DNA of 50,824 bases, counting the filler, from Dimargaris cristalligena (Eukaryota): NCBI GenBank assembly GCA_003614675.1. It is 2 parts of 2 records of this genome, joined end to end, with 100 filler letters (N's around TTAATTAATTAA, not from the genome) between each part and the next. Parts side by side here need not be neighbours in the genome. Positions count along the whole stretch, not along the records: positions 25,478 to 50,824 come from ML002565.1; 1 more part is not named here. One strand, 5' to 3'. The notes under the pieces were generated by a model. It was not told where the DNA came from, did no database searches, and was given only the letters and a program-made list of their open reading frames with translations. A program made the translations under genes and the position numbers. Below, piece after piece: positions 35,583 to 49,589 of this stretch; the first letter of the stretch is position 1, and every line of letters begins with the position of its first letter.

Positions 35583-36456
35583 TATGCCCCCGGCGGAGGA
35601 CACCATCACGAGAATATTTGTGGCATCGTCTAGGATTGGTCCGCTGTGTGATAACGCCCCCTCTCTCAATCACCAGCCTGCATTAGGATATATGTTTAGC
35701 ATAGCTCAGGCATAATTACATGGGTGAAGATTTGCTTGACATTTATTAGTCGACTGTGGACGAGACTGCCCACGGCCCTTTTGCCATGGATTCATGGCAA
35801 ATGCCAGTAAAGAAAAATTGGTAACCCTGGTGAAAAACTGATGGTCCAGCGGGGTGGGAAAAATGATGTAGAAATAAAACAGGAACGGTATCTAAGTGGT
35901 GTTCGCCAGCCCACGGTGTAAATAGATAGTCGCCATCCACACTCAATACAATCGAGAAGAATGTGACGAAGGGGGGGTCTGGGCTAATCATGAAAAATCA
36001 TTTTTCATTTAACTGAAGAAAAAAACAACAACCGAAAATAACGGGCATGAGGAGGTTAATCCGAATTAAAATCATGGATGAAGAGTGCATAAATAATACA
36101 TAGAGTGGAAGGATTGTGCGGGAAGGTCCAACGAGGCACCCGATAAGAGATTATCTCCATTCCGTACAGGTGGATCCCACTCCGACAATGAGGAGGGTGA
36201 ATTAGAATTAAATTGGCAATAGCAGGTTAGATAATGGGCGGCATCTCCTACAGCGTGGCGGTATTCGAGGATGGAGGGAGAGAAGAGGGGGGGGTGATAA
36301 GAAAGACCAATCGAGGAAAGCAACGGGAATAGGGACCTCCTTGGTCACCAGAAGAGTAGGCGGTATCACAAAGAACTGACCAGATGTCCTAGGCAGGAGG
36401 TTGGCTCAAGGGAGAGGAAGGGTGGCCGCTCCCCCAATGTTTAGGGGGAGGCACCA

Positions 36457-37416
36457 TTAAGCGGGAATGCGATGTTTCTTCTCTAGGAGCTGAATGGCCT
36501 CCTTCACGCGCTCCGTTATCCGGGCGCGTGTTACAGCTGGTGACCAGTTTTCGAGCCGGCTTTGTTGAAGCAGGGGTGCGAAGTCGAGTGGCTCCCCGAC
36601 GACTATCTTCATGCGCTGGCCCAGGACGAGCGGCCGGCGAGAGGGTTCCGTCGGGAACAGCTTATCCATGCCGGTGTGCCAAATGGGAACGACCAGGGGA
36701 GTCGCGTCGGCCTCCATGACTAACCGGGCGACGCCCCACCGGAAATAGGAGAAGGCGGGCGTTTGGTCAATTTTGCCTTCGGGAAATAGATGGACCCACT
36801 TGTTTTGGTTTAGGCGGTGGATGGCATTATCGAGGTAGGGCTGGAAAATGCCGGCCCCCCGAGCGAGGGGCATCGTCTGACCGAGGGTGAAAAAGGTGAT
36901 GAACAGGCGGTTGGTAAAGAGGAGCTCCTTGGCAGCCAGGCACCACCGCACCTTGTTACGGTTCAGCAGTTGGCGGAGGGGCAGGAAACCCCACAACAAG
37001 GGGTCATCCAGGGCGGATATGTGGTTGGCCACTGTTATGAGGGGGCGGGGTGTGGTTTCCCGTTCATCTAGTATGTCAATGAGACACTGGGCATTCACCA
37101 CCTCGGTGGTGGTAAAGAGATTCATGAAACCCTTGGAAAGGAAGGCCACCGCGGCAAGGGTGACAAAACTCAGCATTTGCCAAAGTAGATGGAAAAACGT
37201 TGGCGTGGCAGTGTGGGTCACATATTCATATTTGCGTCTGAGCTCACGGGCGAGGTCCCAATCAGCGGCCGTCAACAGCTGCTTAGGTAGTCGCTTGGGT
37301 TCGGCTGGTGCACAGCGCTTGGGCTGACGCTGTGAACGCTGGCGTCCAGGAAACGAATGTGGGCCCGGGTGGTGGGCGACGGGGGGTAGGAATTTACACG
37401 AGAAATGAAACGCCAT
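36457..37416 (-). CDS. TAZ1: Tafazzin (cardiolipin transacylase), ~319 aa
   Basis: PLITVANHISALDDP (HX4D), RWCLAAKELLF, RGAGIFQ, WVHLFPEGKI, FRWGVARL, VPIWHTGM; start at caccATGG 37416. Confidence 0.92.
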   Translation of the reverse strand: MAFHFSCKFLPPVAHHPGPHSFPGRQRSQRQPKRCAPAEPKRLPKQLLTAADWDLARELRRKYEYVTHTATPTFFHLLWQMLSFVTLAAVAFLSKGFMNLFTTTEVVNAQCLIDILDERETTPRPLITVANHISALDDPLLWGFLPLRQLLNRNKVRWCLAAKELLFTNRLFITFFTLGQTMPLARGAGIFQPYLDNAIHRLNQNKWVHLFPEGKIDQTPAFSYFRWGVARLVMEADATPLVVPIWHTGMDKLFPTEPSRRPLVLGQRMKIVVGEPLDFAPLLQQSRLENWSPAVTRARITERVKEAIQLLEKKHRIPA

Positions 37417-40400
37417 GGTGATATATTTAATGATGGTGTGTGTGTCTCTGGACCAAAATACGGAACAGGAGAGTTGGTTAGTGGATTGTCTAGAAGCTTG
37501 GTTTGACGACGAAATGTCGGTGGTAACGAAGGATTTAATAGAGATATTCAAAATTAGACCACAGGGATGGAGGCGAGGAAGCCAAAGGGAGGCGTGTACA
37601 TCTGAAGAACGCGACGAGCTGGGCGTAGAGTAATAGAGAAGGGATGGTCTACAAGGAAATTCTGGGACCCAAGAGGGGGGGCAGCCGGTGGTTTTATAAA
37701 GACCTTGGGCCAAGCGAAGCGGGGTGGATAGGGAGAGGGGGGGTCAATGGGGCTGCGTCTGATCTACGAGTCTCATTATTCTATTCGCTGTAGTAGCCCA
37801 AACACAAGGTAGGGCCAAAGTCAGGCTTGAACGGAAATTTGTACCTCGAACACCTGTGTTCATTTACACTATGTAGTATATTGGTGTACTTAGAAGGCCT
37901 GACCTCCCCCTCCTTCACTAGGGGTTGCCTAGTTGTTGACAGGTCGTGGCGGCCTCCACTCGGTATACTACTACCTCAACGTTGGCCGTGAACAAAGTCC
38001 ATAAAAAAGGGATAATATATTGGGTGGGAGAACACTTGACCCGCCCTTGGGCCAGACCTCATTGTCACTCCTTCTTAGGGCCGGCCACCCGTATTTGCCC
38101 TACGTCTATCCCAGCCAGAGTGAGCCGGCCCTAGGTGTGCTGTTCTTTACAGTGGTCATTAACCATTTTATGATTTAATTTGCGCGGGAAGCTTCGCGGT
38201 AGGAAGGAGGGGGCGGGGAGCATCCCTGCTCCTTCTTTACCTTAATCGTTCGTATATTCCATAGCAAGCCCTCGCAGTGACCACCACCGGGTCGAATGTA
38301 GGGGATACGCATCTAATGAATGATCCGTTCGTAAGCAGTACATTTCCAACATTTTGGCGGTCGACGATGCCCCCACCGCTGATTGAGACCTTCAATATGA
38401 AGCCCTTCTCCTCCTCCTCCTCCGCTTTCTCAGCCCGACTTAATATGAAATTGTTTGATTATTTCATGCGGCTACATGGCCGGCTATTGACTATGGCTAC
38501 CATTTATTATGGATGACAAGGCCATCTCAGTGGAAAAACGGCAACACAATATAGGCTCTGCCCGAATTAAGCCATGGCCCGTATCACCCCAACCCTTTCT
38601 TAAACGCCATTAGCCCACGGGGCTTCCGGTTTATTCCATCAATTATAGCTTTTCAATTCATTCGCCCCTATAGCGCCGGAAATACTTTTAATGTGGAATT
38701 ATTGGACTTTTGTACGCACGGTAGGGTGCATCGGTTGATTTATCCCGTAACAGTCAGCTCAGCCTAGCCTGGACAACACCATTGGTAAATGGAAACGACC
38801 GGTCGGCTAATTATGAAGATTCTCCTCTTCACGATCTCAACTGTTAACCCACTCGCCCATATGGCGTAAATCCCTGGGCCCAGACCCGCCGATATGCCCC
38901 TCTCTTTTTAGCTGCCGCCCCCCTGAGTACCACCCAATGGACGGGATTTGGGGCAGCCAACCGCCGAATGCTCTCGCTATCATTCCGATATGCGTTTAAT
39001 CAACATTTCCCAAATTGTTACTATATTTACCCGACCACCCATGATATACTAGGGGGGAGGGGTTGGTTATCAGTTGTCGCCATCATGAGGACTCCTAGGT
39101 ACTCTCATCTACCAATTGGGACCCCTTATTCAGAGCCAAGGCCGGACAATATTTACAAATGACCTTTCAACCCCTCCCTCCTTTTCCAAGAAATACTCTA
39201 GTTATTAAAAAAACTCCGTATTCCTTAGCCCGCTTGGTTTTTGTGGTACTGCCTTAAATGAAGGAATACCCCAAATATCGTTAAACTATGAAACTCCCAA
39301 AAATGGTGGGAAAGTTATTGTTAGAGCATGGTTGTATATCCAATAAATGGATTCAACAATCGACCACAGTGATAAGGATCCACCTAACCGTGTGGTGCCG
39401 GACTGGAGAAATATGTTAGTTTTGGGACGGGGGTTTTCAGGAAAAAGGGGTGTAACGTCAAGGCATGTTGGTATGAGCCGGCCGCGAGCGCGGAAGAAAA
39501 AGGCTGGCTAATTATGCCTAAAAGAATCGGGTCTTGGTTGCAGCACCCCACTACAATGGCCGACGCTACCCACAACCAGCTTCAGCAGTTAACGCCATTT
39601 CCTCCCCCAGCTGTCAGTCCGGACTCTCACCTGTTCCCCTTTGTCAGACCAAATGTGGAAAAGGTCTGGGAAAATATAGGGTCTGCCATAACTAGGAGGT
39701 TTCCCCCATGGGGCAGTGTCTTGGCTCAGCTCGCCCATTTCATTATGGATTTCCACGCAATCATACTTCGCAATATGTTGGTTTGGAAGAGCATTACCCA
39801 TTGACACTCGCCAGCCAACACTTGTCTTCCGTAAGTGGAGGGTGCATATTGTTTATTATGGAATATTTAATATATTTAAAAGCGCGGCAAAAAAAATAAT
39901 AATGAATCTGCACCAACATATCCCCATCATCGTGCATCTAATTCGGGAAATGCTCAAGTATTTCACTTTAGCTGGTTTTTCGCTGATGCTTCTTAAACGC
40001 AGCCATTTCACACCGGAAACAAACGGACATTGGCGATTATTTAAAAAGCGGAAAACTTGACGAAAGTAGATTTAATTAGTTCCCCCGCCGGCTACTGAAA
40101 TCGCCATTAGCGGAGGCTAGGTAACTCAGGTAGGTACACCGCCCTCCTCCGCTGACTAGTTGGCGTAACATTCTAGCTTCTTTTTTTATTTTGTGTGTAT
40201 GGAAAGACGGATCCTCCCTGAATTCGCCCATCGATACCATGGCGGCCAAGGTAGGGGAGGCTCGTCCATGGGGCCTTGCAGTGGTTTTTCGTATGGTTAT
40301 GTTGAACCAAGCTTGGGGATATTCAAACATGAATACGCGTGCCTACTGGGAATTCCGGTGTTTCGCGACAGTAGAAATGACCGAATTGCGGGAATGAGTC

Positions 40401-43364
40401 AGCTCTGTTTATGACCCAGTCTAGAAGGGTTCCCCCGCCTCTAGTGTATTATTAATAGAAATGGGACCCCATGTACTCGTTATAGTAGACGGCCGCAGGT
40501 CTATAATCCGGTGCAGGTTCCCGAGCCCATTTGTTCAATATAGCTTATTTGGTACTATTGGTCTCATACCGACCTAATGGGTAAGAGTACTGCCGTCCAA
40601 TAGCTATTATTGCGTTGGGGCCATGGAGGTGGTAAAATCCAATGTAAACCCTGGCTTGACTCAGCCTCACAATATCTTCTCACGGCTGGAATGTGTTACG
40701 GCCACCACCTCCAGTCACTTCGATCACAGGGAGGCAGTGGTCCAGTGGCGAAGGGCCGCACGCGATGCCCGAGCGCTAAGGCCAGCTTGAAACAGTCCAT
40801 GGGAAACTGCCCCCCTTCCCTATCACCGAAGTACCCGCTCAGACAGACATACCCATCTGCCTGCACTGACCATGGGGGGTACATTATATGTTCTCTATGG
40901 ATTGGGCCTCCCAATAAGCGAACTGGGCCGGCGGGGACGGGCGCTCGTTTGGAACAAACATCAGCACGCCGGGCGTGTCCGCTGCATGTAAAACTTTGCC
41001 ATTGGTCTTCCAGAGACCGGCGAAACTAAACAATGGAGGCCATGTCCCCCAGCACGTTGGGAACGTTGTGGTGTGGAAGAGATTAAACTAGCGAGCACCA
41101 TTGCCATAGCCAACTTCCCCATTGTTTGCTGTGGTTCTCGCGTGCCATGGGAGTAGGCTGGGTTTCCCACAAACCCTTAACGGGAGCCCGAACAAAGACC
41201 CCGCAATAACTTTGGCCCAAAGCGGTAAGAGTAAACGATGCCCTGTAGGGATGGGGCCCAGGCGACCACTCTCAACTTTTCCAGGAATGGCCAGCGGATT
41301 ACTACAGCCGAGCCCGGCGCAGGCCCAATGTGAAGCTGGACTGTAATTTAATGAAGGCCCTAAATGAATTGTGAAGGTATTTGTGAGCCTCCCAAGTATA
41401 GCTAATGAAAATGACGGCTCCCTTCGCGATGGGTTGGTTATTTCAAGTATAACCTGTGCTGCACCGCGTAGGGCCGACCCAGTGACTAGGTAAAGTCAGA
41501 CAAGACCCCTGGGGTAGTCAGACCATATGATGACGTATAGATAACTATTTGACATTATGCTGGGACCGAACATGTCGACTTTCCCCCTTTCTTTCCGACG
41601 CAGCGACTATCCTGAAACACATTGAGAAAGATCATTTCGAGAAGTCCGTGGCCTGCCAGCCGAGTATGAGGGCGAGTTGACTAGAATGGCTTGACCACCC
41701 CCTTCTTCAGTTTAGGTTTCCCTGTGAACCCGGTATATTCGCATGATGCACTTTCTATTTGTTGTTTTACCCATTACATTACCAGCGAGCCGTATATTGG
41801 TATTCGAATGCCCACGTTCTTGCAATCCACGCAGCCAAACAATGCCTCCCGTAACGCGCTGGCGGATGGGGAAATGACAAAGGGACCCCGCGGCCAGGAA
41901 GTGATTGGAAGTCAGGTGAGGCTTCCCACCGTACAAACATTGCGCCATCGGACTTCGACGTTACTTACGCTTGGGAAGGAGCTGGTGATATCACCGAACT
42001 ACTAATAATTCTAAACTCCGTTCAGTCAAACAAAGCACTCTACCTTTTAATACCAAATATCTCAGGAAGCCTGGGTGGGAGGAACGCGGTGGGGATATAC
42101 CGGCAAACTAGAATTCCAATACCCTTTGGCGGAGTTGGAAATAGGCCAGAGCGTATGATTTCGGCAGTCGAAATAAAAAGTGTGATCCACTTAATCAGCG
42201 CGAGCCCCTCTGTCCTTGGCTCGCCCATCAGCCCGGCCGACTACAGACCCTCGTTTCGACATTCAAGTTGGCCACCCCGCATCACCTGTACTTGCTCCTT
42301 CGAAATGCCTGCGGTTAAACCGGGGGTTTCAAAGTCCTCTCCTACGCTATCCCGGCCTGCCATTAAAAAAAGTAACGGATTACTCCCCAGCTCTACTAAC
42401 ATTGCAGTGGAACGGCGGCTATACCAAACAAGGCACCCTCTTCTCCCTTCCCGCACCCTAGCTGTGGCTTTGTTCGATCAGTTGAAACCTATACCCCGTG
42501 GCCAACCCCTCAGAGGGGTCCAGCAGCATCCTTTTCGAAACAAAGGTAGCGCTTGATGAATCAGATGATACTAGACCTCATGTGTACCAACAGCCACCGG
42601 TTTGGGTGTATTTGCTGTCGTTTGCATGGTGGTATTGCTAGCCCATTTAGACTATCCAGGGAAACAAACAACGCTCGAATTAGACACATTATTAAATCCA
42701 CGAATGGCGTCTTTGAAATGCACATTCGCAACTAGCGTAGACTAATTTGACTAGTCTGTGGCTCTATGTAGCCCGTTTGGTTAGGGTGGAAGAATGGACT
42801 CCGAGAGGTTTCCTCTCATTTCTCACCGGGTTCTTACACCAAATGAATTTTAGCCAAAGGCGGATGAAATCCAATGCAAGCTAAGGTGGGAATCGTACAG
42901 ACATCGCCTGACTGTCATTGGTGTGTTTAATAACCACGGGTTTCCCATGCGCTAACCCACTCTTTGTTGAGTTTTGGCGTGGTCATATAATATGGACCAA
43001 ACTGGGAATGAGGTTGGCAAGGCATCAGCTATGAGAGCGACCACGATACTCCAAGGGACGGAAGGCGAGCCAGCCTCGCTGCCCAATCGTGGAGACCAAT
43101 GCGCCAATCGCAACCGGAAAAAGAGCTACAGCCGTAATATGTAATTAAACTGTTTATGTAACTACAACAAATATAACAGGTATTCAGCATCAACCAGCCC
43201 CCAAACGTCCAGCCACGAGCCGCACGGGCAGTGAGGGATCGGTTGGCCTGGTATTTTACAATTCAAGCCCCTGTAACTACTACTGATTCCGTGGATATGG
43301 TTTCGATCAGATAGCCAGGAAGTGGCATTTCCCATAATTGGAACCCTCCCAACCCCGTGATCCC

Positions 43365-45448
43365 TTAGTAAAAAAAGTGGACCAGCTTGTAGCGAATCGT
43401 GAAGGCAACTCCGCTCCCAATCACTTGAAGCGCCATCACGACCCCGGCCAGGGTCTGTTCGTGGAGCGGACCAGTGTAGATAAGGATAAGATTCAATAAG
43501 GTCAAATTGGTCATTTCCGCCGGAGTTTGGTCGGCGTTATAGGTGAACCGGGTCAAACCCACCCCATTCAGTAACCGCGCCAGGGTGTGACCGAGGGGGG
43601 ATAGTTCCTGCAGAGGAGCCCGACTGGGCTCCAGGAGTCCCGTTTCGGGGTTAAGTCGGGGCAGCCGGTGACGGGGACACGGTATAATGTGGAAAAGCTG
43701 GGGCGTGGAGTAAATGAAGTTGACAATCTGCGGAATAAACATGAGGAGTACGGTTTTACTGAAGTGGCCGACGATCCCCACCACCGCGAAGGTCATCCCG
43801 GCAAAATAGCAATAGGTGTCCCCGACGAATACCCGGGCGGGGTACCAGTTGTGCCACAGCAAGGCGGTGGTGACAGCAATGAATGGTAGCATGAAATAGA
43901 GCGAAAATAGATGCACATCCGCGGCGGGCTTGTCCGGGCCATTGACATAGAGCAAATCGTTGATGGCAATCGAAATGGCGATAATAAGGGACTGGCCGGC
44001 CTCCACACCGTTGATTCCCGCCAAAATATTGATGGAGTTGGTACAAAAGATGGTCAACATAACAATGTACACGTAGTAGAGGATCCCTATACAAAACCAA
44101 CCCCGACCAAGAAATCATACGAAAGATAGAATAATAGTACCCAGTCAGCAATCAGCCCGCCATCTAAAGAGGTTCGCGTCCAGCGCAAGCTTCGAATGGG
44201 TGCTGTACACAGGTGCAGCCAATGCCAAACTCGAGGTGACTGAGGAAAAGAAGCCACACTCGCCAGGGTTTAATGGATATGCCCCTAGACGAACCCCCTG
44301 ATGGTCGGAATAAAGGGACCCAATCAAACGATACGCCACTGTGCAGTGGTGATCTGGAGGTTACAACCTAACCTATATATAGATGAGCTAGTGGCCACCC
44401 CGCGGTGTAAATCATTGTCCGAATAATGGCCCATCTACCGAACTAAAACCAAGCACTTACCGATGTTAAGGATTTGGCCAAAGATTGGGCGGAAGGGCAA
44501 CGGTACGATCATATAGGTCACGCCATCGGAAAGATAGTAGCCCATAAGCAATGGAACGGACGCGACTGTGGGCATGAGTAATTTATAGCGCCATCGGATA
44601 TTAAACACGTCATCGGCGAATCCAAGGAACACCATACTCTGCAAACATAGTAGAGCCGCTAGAAACTCCCCCAGCTGGAAATGCCAAATCAAAAATAGGT
44701 AAGTATGCAATATTAGCCAATGTAGCAAGTGGTGCAATAAGAAGTGGTGGTGACATTCATGACTAGCAAAAGGGCGGGCACCGGAGTAGATCATCAATAG
44801 ATTACATTGGAGACCGGCAGCGCAGTTGGAGGAGACCTCCTTGGCGTACCTTTTGGAACGGAAAAGTGCGGATACCCTCTGTCCGGTCGTCTTGGGCAAA
44901 CCATTGTTTAAAGGGGAAAGGGATGAACAGAAACAGGGCCATCAAATAAATGGTGGCCACAACAATACCTAGGCTTTCCGGGCTATTATCGGTTTGAAAT
45001 AACCATTGGGATAATGAAGAAACTGGATTCGAGGGGTGAGTAAATTCCAACAATAGGTTAAGAGGGGATCATCACCAATGAGGAACGAATGTGCGTAGGC
45101 AGAATACGCACGAGATAAAAGAACCTGTATCAATCCCTAAGTGAGTAGTATCAATTCAATTATTGGACCTATCGTGTCCATACGATAATCCTGATTAAGG
45201 GCAAAAAGGGTTTGGGACACCAACTTAACCACTCAATCAACTTACATTAGGGGCCGGTGGGCCTTATTAACATCATTCCCAGCCAAACGGGCCTCGAAGA
45301 AAATATCCGAAAGAAGCGGTATTAAACGCCAGGCGACGAAACCAGCCACCACCGAGAAATACCCAATGACGACCAAAGGGTCCACTATCGTGTGACTAAG
45401 GACAACGGCCCCCGCGGCGGCGGCCACGGACCAAGCTACAAGCCCCAT
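43365..45448 (-). CDS. ALG7: UDP-GlcNAc:dolichyl-phosphate GlcNAc-1-P transferase (DPAGT1), 4 exons, ~423 aa
   Basis: Exons 45448-45246, 44982-44850, 44674-44461, 44086-43365. LAGNDVNK, IPESLG, LGFADD, CTNSINILAGINGVEAGQ, HNWYPARVFVGDTYCYFAG, PCPRHRLP. Confidence 0.95.
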
Positions 45449-46214
45449 CTCACTAAGGCAGCTGGTCAAAGTATACGCACAATGAGGGGGGGGTTGGTTG
45501 GTTGAGTAGGTGGGAATGTTCGGATGGGAAACCGGCAGGAATAGGGCGGAGAGTCGGGCAATCAAAAAACTAAAGTGTAGGAATTAAATGGAACAACCGG
45601 ATGCAAAAGAGATGGCCAAGCGCTAGAAAAGCTGGAATTCAGACAGTCATGTGAAGGTTCCTCTTCTATACCATTCAGTATACAGGACCATGCCGTGGGA
45701 GGAACCCTGAACAGCCACGTTACGGATACGTGTGGCTTGTCATTAAACGAGCCCCAGTTCCAATTATCACATACATTATTGGATCACTCTACCCAGTGGC
45801 CGGGCCAGTCTATGCTAAATTAAGCGGGCAAAAATGATTATGAAGCGTCTCCCCACTTCGATTCAGTAGTGACTACCACTTTTCAATTTAAGTTTAGGCA
45901 GTATCTATTTTGGACAGCTGTGCTCCAGTTTAAAGAACAAAATCGCCTACATATTGAAAACCACAGCACGGACTGGAAGGAAATCAGGTTTATTACTGTT
46001 AAGAGGCCCTCCAAATAATCAAGCGGGCACGAATAATGGAAATAGCGGCGATAAAAATGGCAAATCGAAAGAGGGAAATAGTATAAGGGCAAAAAGGGGA
46101 AATGGGAATAGGGATAGGTGGGTCATTATGTATATAAATAGGATGAAAAGAGAGTCCAACATCATTAAAAATAGCTGGCAAGTCATTCATTTATAGGTAC
46201 CGAGGCTCGCGCAC

Positions 46215-48736
46215 CTAGGGGGCCTCGCTGATAATGGCAAAGGCCTTCCGGTACACCTCCAGCATGGACTCGCACTTGGTGCGCTCGGCAATCAAAGACT
46301 CGTCCTCCTGGAGAAGTTCCTCCATAAGGACATCCTTATACAAGGTTTCGACCAATCGGTTCTGGAGAATTTCGCGGGTAAAGTTGACTAGCAGGTGCAT
46401 AATGGCCTTCGGGACCAGGTCCTGGATACACTTGCGGACGATACCAAAGTACGATGAGATCAAGGACCGGATCAGTTCGGTTTCCAGCTGGTCGCGATCG
46501 GGGTTGGTATCGCAGCTCTGATCAAACCGCGACGTTAACTCATGCATAACGTCCTCGTCGCCCGGCAACGAGATGGAGGGAGTGTTACTTTCCTTGACCC
46601 GGTTAGGTATTGGCAACGAAGGCCGCTTGACGTCGTCGCCGAGAAACATGGAATCCGTCTTACCCCCGCCGAAAAAGTAGTTGAGGAACTTATCTCCCGA
46701 AGGGGGCGCATTCGACCGTGCCTGGGAGTGGACCCCAGCAACCGAGTGGGGCCGGTAGGGCAATGAGAGGGAGCCCCGAGCGGGATGCGGCCGGACACGG
46801 CCAGCCAGATTAGCCGAGTCGGAGTCGCTCACCCCACCATGGTCGTCCATATCGGCCGGGTCATCGTAACCAGCCGACCGATGGCTCCGGGCCGAGGCGT
46901 AGGACTCGCGCTTCTTGGCCTCAGCCTTGCGCTGTAGATCAACCAGGGCTCCGCTGCCTCCGATAAAATCCGGGTGGTTGGTGTTTATGTACGACCGCTG
47001 GATACTGATGAGGCTCTCAACATACTGTACCGTGGGAGCCACGCGTTCCCGGAGTAGATCAGACACGACCTCGATGACCTTGGCATAGAGTCTGGGGTAT
47101 TTTTGCAGCTCCTTGCTACCGCAAGACTGGCAAATCTTCATCAGCTCTTCGTAGGCCAGCTGGACGCAGCGCTGACTGGGAGACTCGAGGCACTTGATCT
47201 GAGGCTTGACTAGAAGCTCAAAGGCCAGCTCAGGGACAAACAGGGAAGGGCGCGGACCGGTGGAGTTACGGATGGCCATCCGAATATCATGGTCGGTTAA
47301 ATTGGCGCACGGGTTAATGCTGTCCAGAGCGGCGCCGTAAATATTATTGAAAATGTAGTAGAGGCGGGCTCCACCGCAGAGTTCGGTTGTGCCTAGGTCA
47401 GTCCCGTTACCCTCAATAGAGGAGTTGTACTGGTTAGAAAATTGGGTCAGTAAGCGCAAAAATAGGGTGGCAGGATTGCCCTGGCCCGCGAGGGCAGGGG
47501 CCCCGTATGAGGCCAGCTCCTGCTCGGTCTGGCTGATAAGGGCATTAATTTTGGTTTTAATGTCGGGCAGCTTTTCGCGAATGTGGTTCATGAGAACCTG
47601 GTTAAGAATCTTGGACAGATGGGACGTGCCACAGCGGTTGGCAATCGCCCGGTAAACGGGTTCTTTCCGGAAAAACTCGCGCTCAAACTTAAGGGCTTCC
47701 TGAATGGGCTTGGCGGCCAGAGTGTCCTGTTGACTCCGGTTCACAATGCCCACAAATCCGAGGCGCAGGGGGAAGACACGACCAGTGAGGATATCCAGGG
47801 CATTGGTACCGCCGTCCATCAGGTCGATTTTAGTGACCACTCCCAGGGTGCGACGACCGTCAGGGTCCACGTCACGGGCCAGCTTGAGACTTTCCGAGTT
47901 GACTAGGTCGACATTGGCGGGGCTAACGGCTAAAATGACGCTGTTGGGCTTAGTAATGTACTCCATGACCAAATCGCGGGTTTGCATTTCAATATCGGTG
48001 GGCTGGTCCCCTACGGGAATTTTGGTCAAGCCAGGCAAGTCGACCAGCGTCAGATTAAGCACATGGGGCGAAGTAATCTTGAGGTGAATCGGGGTGTGGC
48101 AAATACCCTTGTTATCCCCAGCGAGTCGCTCGGTTTCACGCTGGATTTCCAGGCGCACTTCGCCAAAATCGGAGAACTGGCGGTCGGGCAGGTGGAGAAA
48201 CTGAGCCCGTTCGGGGAACTCTTCGTCCCCCTCGGAAGCGGGTGCTCCCTCATTGGTATCAGTGGTTTCTGAGGACTGGGGCCGGCGGGAGGGTTTCCGT
48301 TTGGGTACGTTTACTAGTTGTAGGACGAGCGGACGACGGGTGACGATGCCGGTGCCCCGGGGCAGAAAGTCCCGCCCCACGAGGTTTTCTAGGACCGATG
48401 ATTTGCCCGAGGACTGGGATCTGTTCGGTAGGGTTAAAGTTAGATGTAAACAACAATTAGCAATTAGGTTAATAGGAGAAATAGGAGGGGTGGGGGGAGA
48501 ACCCTAAGCTCTGCCCGTTGGGTCTATTAGGACGAGACTAACTAAGAGTGAGTAAGGGTGCCGGCTATAGGCAAATCCCCTGGAAAGAGCGGCGGATTCG
48601 AGCAAGTTAACGGGCGGACCGATAGAGCCGGCGGAACTTACCCGACTACTACGATCTGGGGAAGATCGATTTGATCTTGGCCAACGGTATTGAACACATC
48701 CTGCAGCCGATTCACGACGGGAATGAGGTCCTCCAT
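46215..48736 (-). CDS. DNM1: Dynamin-related GTPase Dnm1/Drp1 (mitochondrial and peroxisomal fission), 2 exons, ~766 aa
   Basis: Exons 48736-48642 and 48420-46215. [53 protein letters not shown], insert-B motif FLNYFFG and GED domain. Confidence 0.95.
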
Positions 48737-49042
48737 GGCGATCGAAGAAGGGTAGTTGCAAGTATCGACAAAGAGGAAGGCGGCAACGACAAAGTGAATA
48801 GGAAACTAGGACTGATCAATGGGTACAAGTAGAAGACGACACCAAGACCAGAAAACACAACTGACCAGCCAGTGCTCGGTTTCAGGGAAAGGGAAGGAAA
48901 TACACAGTTGGAGGAATGAGCAAACAACCAGCTGATGGGGGAGAAGGCGGCCTTGTTGGACTGTGTCCGCTAAAATCCCCAAGTACGGTCAGGAAATTCC
49001 CTAAGCAGCCGGGCCTGGGCGGTGTAGCTTGGGTTGGGCTAT

Positions 49043-49062
49043 CTCTCTCTCTCTCTCTCTCT
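49043..49062 (+). repeat. (CT)n microsatellite
   Basis: About 10 CT units in the DNM1-URC4 intergenic region. Confidence 0.85.
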
Positions 49063-49589
49063 TTCTTACTTTGACTATGCCTGTATTTTCCCGCTCACTC
49101 CACAAGAGACACCTTCACTAAACCATATCTCTCTCTCTCCCACCATGCAAGCCAAACTGACCCGGGAGGTATACCGGTTATGGGGGCTTCCCAGGCCAAA
49201 GTGGTGATCAGGCGGCCTCAGCTGCATGCCATGCGGCCCACAGCACGCCGGCCAAATGGGGGGGAGACCTGCAATATAATCACACCGCGGCATCAGCACC
49301 CAGAACTAAACGACTACACAGCTCTCATTAGCTAGCCAATAGGGTCTTTACTAGGATCTATAGGAGGTGTAGCCACACCATTTGCTTTGCTCTAATTTAT
49401 TGCTTTTCAGCGATTATTATAGGTTATTTATTGCCAACCAAATATAGTATAAAATAAAAACATACCTGTGGCACATGGGTTATAATTATAAAAGGGAATT
49501 CCCGATAAAGGAACTTGGCGGGATTCCACCAAAGTAATAGTGAATGAATACTATATGTGTGCGAAGAACAGTCTCGTCACTAAACTCAT

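Noticed and set aside
40886..41088. Minus-strand frame containing FSFAGLW, reminiscent of SRAP/HMCES
   Set aside because: A single short motif with no convincing start and no other SRAP features such as the N-terminal CGR.
42089..42556. 155-aa ORF in the TAZ1-ALG7 interval
   Set aside because: GTG start, no domain or signal features; likely a chance ORF.
34275..48736. Apparent mitochondrial cluster (ABHD11, TAZ1, DNM1)
   Set aside because: The genes are interrupted by a long spacer and ALG7, and mitochondrial genes are common enough for chance proximity.
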